From Octopus sinensis (lineage: Eukaryota), in contig NC_043002.1 of the NCBI RefSeq assembly GCF_006345805.1, positions 83,142,001 through 83,206,000 on the forward strand: DNA of 64,000 bases, in the 5' to 3' direction. Positions 25,701 to 37,800 of the stretch are shown one piece after another. Positions within the stretch are counted from its first letter, which is position 1. Each line of letters opens with the position of its first letter. The translations under genes were made by a program, and so were the position numbers. A model generated the notes under the pieces. It was not told where the DNA came from, did no database searches, and saw only the letters and a program-made list of their open reading frames with translations.

Positions 25701-28700
25701 CTGTAACTCAGCAAACAACTTATCCAAGGTGTCATACTGTGGTATTGAACCTAAAATCACATTGTTGCAAAGCAAACTTCTTAGACTCACAACCAAGATT
25801 GTAGTCATAAAGCTAAATATGTACTCTTTTACTCTCTTTTACTCTTTTACTTGTTTCAGTCATTTGACTGTGGCCATGCTGGAGCACCGCCTTTAGTCGA
25901 GCACATCAACCCCATAAGCCTAGTACTTATTCTATCGGTCTCTTTTGCCAAACCGCTAAGTTACAGGGGCGCAAACACACCAGCATCGGTTGTCAAGCGA
26001 TGTTGGGGAGACAAACACTGACACACAAACATACACACATACACATATATACGACGGGCTTCTTTTAGTTTCCGTCTGCCAAATCCACTCACAAGGCTTT
26101 GGTCAGCCCAAGGCTATAGTAGAAAACACTTGCCCAAGGTACCATGCAGTGGGACTGAACCCGGAACCATGCGGTTGGTAAGAAAGCTACTTACCACACA
26201 GCCACTCCTACGCCTATGTTTATTTTTCAAATAATGTTGCTGAGTATGTGTGATAAGCTATATCTGGTTGATTTGATCATAAAACAGGTAGAATATTCAG
26301 ACTAGATATGGCCAGTTTAATGTTAAAGAATTGAATTAAAATTTTCTTTTGCTTTTGTAAACATTTTCTCATAAAACATGTCAGTATTTTCATTAATTTA
26401 AATCTAAAAATATATGGCATACAAATAATAGAGCAAATATCACCTTGAAGTAATATAGTTCACTCAACTACATGTGTTTGCAAAATTTTGTAGGTTATAA
26501 TCCACATTTCAATAATTTTAATGTCTCAGGTATGAAATTACAGGTTTAAAAAAAAATCTATATTAGGCGCAGGAGTGGCTGTGTGGTAAGTAGCTTGTTT
26601 ACCAACCACATGGTTCCAGGTTCAGTCCCACTGTGTGGCACCTTGGGCAAGTGTCTTCTACTAATATTTATTTTGTGTGTCTATGTGATTTGTTCTTTTT
26701 CTTTTATTCTTTTATTTGTTCCAGTCATTTGACTGCGGCCATGCTGGAGCACCGCCTTTAGTCGATCAAATCGACCCCAGGACTTATTCTTTGTAAGCCC
26801 AGTACTTATTCTATCGGTCACTTTTACCGAACCGCTAAGTTATGGGGACGTAAACACACCAGCATTGGTTGTCAAGCGGTGTTGGTCGGACAAACACAGA
26901 CACACACACATACACACACATACACACACACATATACATACACATATATATATATGTACATATATAAGACGGGCTTCTTTCAGTTTCTGTCTACCAAATC
27001 CACTCACAAGGCTTTGGTCGGCCCAAGGCTATAGTAGAAGACACTTGCCCAAGATGCCAAGCAGTGGGACTGAACCCGGAACCATGTGGTTAGTAAGCAA
27101 GCTACTTACCACACAGCCACTCCTGTGCCTGTATAAATTTTAAATTTTATAAAATTCTGACACTCTATTATTTTTTTAAAATTCTATTAGGACTATCTAA
27201 AAGAATATGAGAGTTCTTTTCAAGAATTTCTGTATGGCATGACTTCTCAACCAGCTGAAGCAGATGATATGACTATTGTGGATGATTTTAAAGGTGAATA
27301 TTTCAGAAATGCTTAGAATATCAAACTTCAATCTTTTATTACAGATGTGGCTAAACCATTTTCTCTTTTGAGAAAAACTTTCCATCAGAAAGTTTCATGT
27401 ATATCTTTGTTATTCTTAAATATTCTTCTCTAGTTTATGAAATTGCTGTCTATTGAGACAATTCCGGAAATGTTTTCATTTCTCTACACAGAGCATTTCA
27501 AAAATTCTTTGAGCATTTTAAGTTTTATTTTATCTATATTTTTAATACTTTTTTTGCTGTTTCATTGTTTCAGTCATTGGACTGTGGCCATGCTGGGGCA
27601 CTTGCAAGATTTAGTCAAACAAATCACTCCCAGTAATTATTTTTGAATATGATGCTTACGTAACTGGTCTCTTTATAGAACCACTAAGTTTGGGAATATA
27701 AACAAACCAACACTAATTGTCAAGCAGTTGTGGGGGACAAACATATGCAGAGGCACAGGTGTGGGTGTGTGGTAAGAAGCTTGCTTCCCAATCACATGGT
27801 TCTGGGTTCAGTCTCTGCATGACACCTTGGGTAAATGTCTTCTATTTTTGTTTATGGAAGACCAGTGGTCGCCCATGCATACCAGTCTCCCCTCTCCTTG
27901 CTTCTGATGTTATCTAAGGGAAAGGCAAAGGCCAATACAGCTTGGCACCAGTGACGTCGTGCCTCATTTCTATGGCTGAGTGAACTAGAGCAATGTGAAA
28001 TAAAGTATCTTGCTCAAGAATACAACACATAGCCAGGTCCACGAATTGAACTCACTACCTCATGATTGTGAGCCCAATGCTCTAACCACTGAACCATACA
28101 CTTTCATAATTAATACATCAAACTTCTCATGATGGCTCAAAATATCTCTTTGTGTGAGCACAAAGGCACATTCCACTCTACTGTTGTTGCTCAAGTCAGT
28201 GTAGGCTTTGCCAACAGGTTTTATCAGATGTTATACTGTACAAGAGGATGGAGTTCACTAAACTATGCTGATGTTGAACTTGAGGGCCTACTAAAATTAA
28301 TGGGGGACAAAGGCTCTTGATACAGCATGGTCTTCTGAATGAGGTGGTTATTAGTGTTGTGTGTTATTAAAGTTTTGAGGATGATGCTGTATTAATGATA
28401 AGGGCATCCAGCTGTAGAAACTCTGCCAGATCAGATTGGAGCCTGGTGCAGCCATCTGGCTTGCCAGTCCTCAGTCAAACCATCCAACCCATGCCAGCAT
28501 GGAAAGTGAACTTTAAACGATGATGATAATTGTGACTAGATTAGAAATGCCTTTGGCATCAACTTCCAAGTTTCTTTCAAGGACTGGTTAAAAATATAAG
28601 CCCAAGCCCTTGAAATGTTGATTAACTTAAGAACTTTGTTATTTCAAAGACATATATTCATGTAACGGAAAAAAAAAATTAATTTGGTAATGGTAATTAT

Positions 28701-31700
28701 TCTAGGGCGGAATCATGGCACCTTATATTACAATTTACAAGACAAAGTTGTCCAGATAATAATGAAAGGTCGTGATTATGGACTCCCTGATTACAATACT
28801 GCAAGAGCTGCACTTGGAATGAAAAAAATTGAATCTTGGCAAGATATCAACCCAGAATTAGCTAAATCTAATCCAGAGGTAAGATATTTCATTATTTTCT
28901 ATGATTAATATTTTCCCCTGTTAAGGTGTCATTCTGGTGAATCAATGGCACACCGGCGAGCTGGCAGAAACGTTAGCACGCCGGGCGAAATGCATAGCCG
29001 TATTTCGTCTGTTGTTACGTTCTGAGTTCAAATTCTGCCAAGGTCGACTTTGCTTTTCATCCTTTCGGGGTCGATAAATAAAGTACCAGTTGAACACTGG
29101 AGCTGGTGTAATTGGCTTACCTCATCCCCTAGAATTGCTGACTTTGTGTCAAAATTTAAAACGAATATTTTGTCCTATTACTAATACATATTTGGTTATA
29201 GGAATCCAAAAGATGAATTTTAACCCTCTTGATGCTAATTCACCCAAAATCTCCACGTTAAAACCTTCCATTAGAATTTCATGTTGACTTATGTTCTAAA
29301 CTCCATCTTAATGACAGCTATATTGCAGAAGCTTCGTTAATTTTTAAATTAACTGAAACAAAGGCAGTGTGTTTCAACAAAAATATAGCAAAGAAACCAA
29401 ATGGTTAATAATCCTTATGATTTTTTGGTAGCATAAACTTGGTTGTTACATGTAAGCATTTGGAGTTGGTATATTGTAGAAAAGAGAGACATCAAACCTA
29501 CCTGAGACCACTCCAAGTTCTACGATGAACTTTACTGTCTTAAAATGGTCTAAATTATAATTTGCCATCAAAATTTTATTCGAAATTGAGATCCCAGCTT
29601 AATAATTAGAAAGATATTTTACAAAATTCTTCATTATCTTAAAAAAAGAAACAAAAGCAGCAGCATATGTTAACAGAATATGGCAACAAAATGATTAAAA
29701 TGAATAATTGGCGATTCTTCACTTTTACTCTTTTACTTGTTTCAGTCATTTGACTGTGGCCATGTTGGAGCACCGCCTTTAGTCGAACAAATCAACCCCA
29801 GTACTTATTCTTTGTAAGCCCAGTACTTATTCTATCGGTCTCTTTTGCCGAACCACTAAGTTACGGTGATGTAAACACACCAGCATCGGTTGTCAAGCAA
29901 TGCTAGGGGGACAAACACGGACACACACGCACACACATATGTGCATACACATATACGACGGGCTTCTTTTAGTTTCCGTCTACCAAATCCACTCACAAGG
30001 CTTTGGTCGATCTGAGGCTATAGTAGAAGACACTTTCCCAAGGTGCCACGCAGTGGGACTGAACCTGGAACCATGTGGTTGGTAAACAAGCTACTTACCA
30101 CACAGCTACTCCTATGCCTAAATTATTTAATTAAAACGTTAGAAAACAAATTACTTGAGATAGCAACAGTCTCCTGGAAGGATACAAATAGATAAATTTA
30201 TCCGGTGTGTGTGATAGCAGCATGCAAGTTGATAGCTTTTGATAAGATGTAAACATGAATGTAGGTGTTTTTACAATTAGGCAAAAATGGTTGGTTTTAT
30301 GACAGTGACAATAGTGTTCACTGACAATAGTGTTCACTGAGTTCAAAATCAGTGAACACTATTGTCACAGTCATGAACACATCAGTGGTAAAGCTGATCA
30401 GAAACTGCTGTCCATGACTTATGAATTAGAAAACAAACTCCTGTAGCTGATGTATTTCTCACTTAACCCTTTAGTATTTAAACCGGCCATATCCAGCCAA
30501 AAATTTTCTACCTGCTTTATTATCAAACTGGCCAGGTCTGGCCTCTCGCACTAACCCTACAATATCCTTCTAAAAATTACATTACCTCTTCAAAATCACA
30601 ATGCTATAACATAATGCATGATTAATACAAAACAATGAGAATAAATAATCATTTCTGACAGAGTAATGTGAATACTAAAAGGTTAAAAGATAACCTGTGA
30701 TTGAAAAATAATTCTGAATGGCCCTCATTGTCTGTTTCTATAACAGAAATTAGAAGGTTGGGTTATGAACTGTAGGGTCAAGAAAAGTTAAACTAACATT
30801 TCTGATTAGTCAATTCCATATCAATATAAAAACATTTGCTGCGACTGACTTCATGAAAATACATCTTAAAAATGCATGTTGGTGAAAGTGCTAAGATTTA
30901 CTATTGGTGAATTAAGAGTTTGGGTGTTCAAATCTTGGCTAGAATTCCTGGTACAGACACAAGGCTAAAAACTTTTAGGGAGGGGAGAATAACAAAGTGG
31001 GCTACAATGGGATATTAACATAAACTGTTAAGATGTGATGAAATACCACAAGACAATTTGTCTGATAGCCAACTGATTCATTAGTTGAGAACTGAAGAAG
31101 TTCTCTGGTGAAACCAATTGATTCCATTTACATTCATACAGCCAAGTGGGGTTTGATAAGCTTAAACGACCTCCCTCCTGTTTAGATTTTGTGCTTCTTT
31201 GACACACCCACCCGGTCAAAATTATATGTTACTAATGAGATAAGAAAAACAGGAATTTGATGTAGAGATAAGACACTGGTGAATCAAGTGAGAAGGTCAT
31301 GTATCTCACAGCATTCCATTTCATTCCATATCAATCTTTCAGTATGATCTTTGTTTACAGGTAAGGGATAATTTGTTTTCTATATATGAAAATCTAGCTC
31401 CTGGTCTGCTGGCTCTGTTAGACTGCACTGTGCTGAGGAGGTCAAATAGACCGAAACTTATGTCCATAGTTGTCTCTTCTCTTCAAGGAAAGATGACTCT
31501 AAAGGAAATTAATTTTAGAAATTAATTCCTAATTTTTAAAAATAATTTTCCTTTCTTTTTAAGTTTACTCTTTTACTTGTTTAAGTTATTTGACTGTGAC
31601 CATGCTGGAGCACCACCTTTAGTCGAGCAAATCGACCCCAGGATTTATTCATTGTAAACCTATTACTTATTCTATCGGTCTCTTTTGCCGAACAGCTAAG

Positions 31701-31780
31701 TTACAGGGACGTAAACACACCAGCATCGGTTGTCAAGCAATTCTGGGGGACAAACATAGACACACACATATACATACACA

Positions 31781-31817
<37 letters not shown>

Positions 31818-34800
31818 TATATATAAACATGTATATATGACAGGCTTCTTTCAGTTTCCATCTACCAAATCCACTCACAAAGCTTTGGTCAGCCCGAGGC
31901 TATAGTAAACACTTTCCCAAGGTGCCACGCAGTGGGACTGAACCCGGAACCATGTGGTTGGTAAGCAAGCTACTTACCACACAACCACTCCTGCACCTAT
32001 GGTTGCTAACATTTGCTGCTTGGCTTTTGTTTTCTTTCTTCAACTCTAAATGAAATTTCATCAAATTAAAAAATTTTGCATACAGGATTCAAAAATTACC
32101 TTTTAATTGAATTGACTTTTTCCTGCCTTTGATTTTTGAATTATTTCCCTTGCTTGTTATATATTGTCTACTTTATTTATATAATCTATTTTCAGCTGAT
32201 AAAAAATATGGAGTCTGTGCATAAATCTTTAGATAACATTGATATATTTACTGGAGCTCTGATGGAAACTACTGCAAATGGACCAGGAGAACTAATAAGA
32301 ACCCTGACAAAAGAACAACTGTTACGATTGAGGGATGGAGATCGATTTTGGTTTGAAAATATACAAAATGGGTAAAAAAAAAATTTTTTTAATTGCAAAA
32401 GTTAATTTGTTGCAAAGAAGTAATGAACTACAACATTAATATAACTAGGTAATCTTTTAATTGGTAGTTAGGTTAGCTAACAACTAATTAATGATGAGAC
32501 AAATTAACTTGTGGCATTTACTTACTGGAATCATACGTTTATTGGGAGAAATAACTCAGATCTACCCTGTTATTTTATTCTAATAAACCAATGGGAACAC
32601 TGATGCTTGTTTTTATGTAATATTTCTACGGTCAGCAAGCAAGCAGGCAGGGCTGTGTGGTTTAGAAGTTCACTTTACTATGGCCTGCACTTGGGCAAGT
32701 GTTTTCTGTTGTAGCTTCAAGATGAACTAAGTGTAACAAGATGAGAGTTCAGGAACACTGGAGGGGTGTCTGGTCTTATCTTGTCACATACAAGTTGAAG
32801 AAACGGAACCAAAAATCCGGCTGTCTTCAATAACAATAAATAGTAGTTTATTCTTCAGGTTCACAGGTAAAATATGTACTTATATATTTCTTATGGGCGA
32901 ACCGGCAGCCAAGTCCACAGGACTGTACACAAATGTTCACTTGGGTAAGCCAAGAAGATACGGTGTTCGTTCCCGCTTCGAAGAGAGAGCTTCTCTGTGC
33001 GTAGGTTTTTCCCTGAGAGAAATCGTAGCCACGTCCGCCCGCTAACGCTGCTCTTCCAGAAAGGCCGATATTAATGGGGGTGCTTCAGGTTGCAGTTCCT
33101 GCGCATGAGGAAACTTCCGGTGGCCAACCAGAAGTAATCCCATTCTGCGCATGTGCACTGAAACTTACACAGTAGTGTCACTACATAAGCTTTGTGAGTG
33201 AAGTTGGGGCAAATGGAAATTATAGAAGTTTGTTGAATGGACTGCACCAGTTGTTGAGTTGTAGACTTCATCAATTATTGACATCACCTAGCCATTGGAA
33301 ACCTTTAGTGGAGGCCACTCCATTGCAAGTATTTGAGCCAAGTCCCCTGTCAGAGAATGACTTCTTTGTCTCTTGCCAGACCTGAAGGCCTGCAAAAGGA
33401 TATCAATGAAACCTTTCTTGCTCTGACTAGACCTTTGAAGAAGAAGAAAAAAATAAAAATAAATCAACCCTGATGTAGTTTATCCTATATAGATAAGCCC
33501 ACCACTGCAAAAGTACAATTATGGGTTGCACCACTTATAGTACCTATTTACAGCTAAGTTGACTGTATTGTAGTTAATTCTTAAATTTTACTTTTTCTAA
33601 CTCTATATCCAAGAGTAATTTTAACTGTAAAGAGAATTTCTATTTATCTATCTGCCTATCCATGTACCTACTGGCCTATTTACCTACCTATCTATCTACC
33701 TACCTGCCTATTTACCTATCTATCTATCTATTTATTTTACAGGTTATTTACAGAGGAAGAAATTACAGAAATTCGAAATATTACAATGGGTTCTATAATT
33801 CAACTTGTTGCAAACATTCCAAAAGTTTACCTGCAAGATAATGTATTCACCAGATCACTATGTATGCTGTCTTTTTGCATTTATATGTTTCATTATATTT
33901 CACATGGATTATATAATCAGAACCCTACATTGTGGCGTTGGGAAGCAAACTTCTTAACCACACAGCTATGCAGTACATATATATATGTATAATCATCATC
34001 ATCGTTTAACGTCCATTTTCCATGCTGGCATGGTTGGACGGTTCGAATGGGGTCTGGGAAGTGAGGAGGCTGCACCAGGCCCCAATCTGATCTGGCAGTG
34101 TCTCTACAGCTGGATGCTCTTCCTAACACCAACCACTCCGAGAGTGTAGTGGGTGCTTTTTACGTGCCATCAGCACAGGGGCCACGATCAGATGGTGCTT
34201 TTTATGTGCCACCAGCATGGAAGCTAGTCAAAGTGGCACTGACATCAGCCACGTTCAGATGGTGCTTTTTACGTGCTACCCACATGGGGCTCACAATATA
34301 TATGCATATATATATGTTAAATAAAATGAGACAACAAAACAAGGCTGTGTGGAATTTATAAGACATTTATAAAGAGAAAGGTAGTCTTAAAACTGTTTCT
34401 GGGATATTAGGGATATCCCTTCACCAGAGACGATATGAGGGAGTTAACTAGAGGGAAATAGTAGAGTTCAATATAAGGACTTATTTTGGAAAAGGATGGA
34501 TATAGGAAGTAGAAAGGGAAATAAAAGAATGAAAGTAAAACTATATGTAGGATGCTGCAGTTACATTATCCAAGGAAAGTGCAGTGCGGACTGGGTAGAA
34601 ATGCTTCTTGTCCATGGTATTTAGATTCAGATAGTTCATATTTTGTTATGAGTGTAGAGGCATAAATTCCATATGCTGTTCATTCAGAGGGGTCTTGTGG
34701 TGTGAATGAAATTTTGAGAGTGTATTGGTAGGGGTGAGTAGATAGAGAGAATAGATATGTATGCTGTATTTAATCTGTGAAGATATATTTTAGCTTTGAG

Positions 34801-37800
34801 AATAATATTAACAAATTATAGTATATCTTTTCACTACCTTTACTCTAATATTTTATGTTACAAACTGTTTTACAAATCAATCATACTTAATACTTTTAGA
34901 TTTTAGTTCACATATAATAATTATAAATTTTAAGTTTCAAATTTAGTTAATGGAGTTTCTTCAATAAGAATCATGTTTTTATTTCTTTAAGAAATATTGT
35001 TTTATTTTATTTGATTATTTATTTAACTATTATTGTTATTACTGATGACCTGAGAAGTGACTATACTTTTAAAATTGAATTGTTTTTTGATTAAATTTAA
35101 ATTTAATTGTAATTCGAATTGAAGTTATAGTCATGAAACATACGTAGTCTTTTTACTTATTGTTTATTCATTTGTTGTACTTTTTGTGATCTAGTTATGT
35201 TTTATAATATATTTTATTTTTTCTTTATGATATGGTTTATGTCTATCATTGTTTGAATTACATAATAGTGGTTTTTCTCCAATTTATATATATATAATGT
35301 AATGTAATCGATGGATGTGACAAGTGTTCATGCGACGGCGGTCACCAATTATAATCGATGCCTGTTATGATGGAATGTCAGGTAGGCTAGTGTAATAGTA
35401 TAACAGTTCATAAAACATGCAAGGTAAAGTAAGTTAATTTCAGCCTGTATATGTGTGTACACGATCTCATAGTAGTACATAGTGATGGGGCAGGTGGGGA
35501 CAAACAAAGACACACACACACACAGATATATACCTGATGGGCTTCTTTCAGTTTACATCTATCAAATCCATTCACAAAACTTTGGTCAGCCTGAAGACAC
35601 TTACTCAAGGTGCCATGCAGTGGGACTGAACCTAGAATCATGTGGTTGGGAAGCAAGCTTCTTATTACACTGCCACACCTACACCTAGATTAAAAATTGA
35701 AATTTAAGAACGTGAAAATGTGGTTGAAACCTTGTATAAAATATGTATGACAGAGGCATGAATTAAGATTGAGAACATAATTACTCAAAATAGTTAATAA
35801 GCTTGCCACAAACTATAGAGAGGTGGTATTAAAACAGGAAGAATATTTATTATGTATTGTTTATATTCATTTTATAATCCCTGTTGGGCTTAAGGATTAA
35901 ATGCGTTACAACACGTTAACTCTTATCCCGCCTTCATATGACAAAGATATAAACTCTTGCCTGGAGCATCTGTCTACCACATTAGAATCTCCCACTGAGT
36001 CACCTTTGACTTTTCTTAAATTATTGGCAGATACCCAGACAGCTTTAGGATTTTAGTATGAATTCTAGGTTGAGATTATATAGAAGTTGTTTATGAAATT
36101 GATGTTTGAACAAAAAATTTGAATTAAGCTCAGTTAAAATATTGTGGGACAATATTAGAGGAAAACATGTTATGAGCATCAGAATATATATTAAAGTTTT
36201 AGTGAACTGAAAATATGATTCAATTTTGATTTCACTTGAATCCTTAATGCTTTCTAAAAAGGCATGAGTGTCATAAATTCCCATTTTGTTTCTCTATAAA
36301 TTTAACGGTGTTTAAAACATTTGGTTAATGCAAGCATAATACGAAAACTTCAAAGTTTATCATATTGTTGATCCTCTCTTACAATCTTTTGTATTAAATT
36401 TTTGAAGCTGAATGCAAAGGGAAGGATTTAACAGTTCAGGTCATGCTGTTTATCTGGTTATAAGAAGCATTGTTGTTGAATGAACTTACCCACAACTCAG
36501 TGACAAGAGTACCTTTTCTCCTTTTGACATGCACTTATAAACGCTAATGACTAGAATGTTAGATTCTACACTCCTCATATCATTTGAACTCGTCAAACTT
36601 TCCTACGAACTATTTTATTTAAACAGTTGTTAAATCAAAAGACGCAAACATTGAACCTTCTCTCATTTCTTCTACAAATTAGTTGTTATTATCCGACCTG
36701 TATCTTGGTTTTTCTTATTGTTCTCAATATATTTATTTGTATGAAGTCTGTACAAATGTTATATATTCTGTAGTACATCTAGTTAGTACTTTCATAATAT
36801 ATCTGTAATACAACTATTTGATGTATCTATTTATAATACCTCTATAATACCCCTATGTAATATAAATGTTATAAATCTGTAATACATCTGTTTAGTATCC
36901 TGTAATCTAATATATTTGTCTGTAAAATATCTACAACACAGACCAACAAGAATTTTTTCTGTTGTCAAAAATATGTGGACCTGAATTAGGGGTTTTTTGA
37001 CACAAAATCTTGATGTGATGATAATTATTGGATGGTATTTTCAGATTCTAACACACTGGATCCATAGAAATTTTTTTTTGTTTTTTTTTTTCAATAAAAC
37101 AACTTATGAGGAACAAGGCATAACATACAAACATACATAGAAATTGGTTTTTCTTCAAAACCAGAAGTTTTCTTAAAATTCTGTTGAAAAGCTAGTAAAA
37201 ATCTTAAAATGTCTAGACAAATTACATCATTTTCCATGAATTTGTATTTGAATAATTTTCTTGAGCACTGAACCTCAGGAAGAGCACAAGCCAAGTTCCA
37301 CCAATAGTTTGCCATCATATGCTAATTCCATCTGTCTTGATGCTTTTGTTCCATTGATTTTATGTGTTGATGGAAATGCTCTCCCTGCTCATCACTTGGG
37401 TCACCAAATTTTTCAGGGAATTTATCAAGGTGACTGTGGAAATAGTGCAGCTTTCTCTTCGTATTTGATCCCAACTTTGGAAAGTTTTCCAGCTTGCAGT
37501 TGACTATTTCATCATAATTGGCTACTTTCTTATTGCACAGAAAGTCATTTACAAGTATTACAAATGAATTCCATGTTGCTGCTTCATTGCAATTCATCGA
37601 ATTTACAAAGTTCTCAACTTTGTTTTCTGATTAAAGGCCCATCAAATACTCCACCTTTCTTTCTTTTCACTGCTCACACTGGGAAATGTGCAGTAGATAT
37701 AGTGAAAGCATGGTCCATCTTTGTCCAGAGCTTTAACCAACTGGTTCCTAAAATCAAGTTTGATGCGGAGAGGAAATAGGATAATTTTTCATGGTAGAAC

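Noticed and set aside
35042-35070. CTGATGA box
   Set aside because: No GAAA or closing stems
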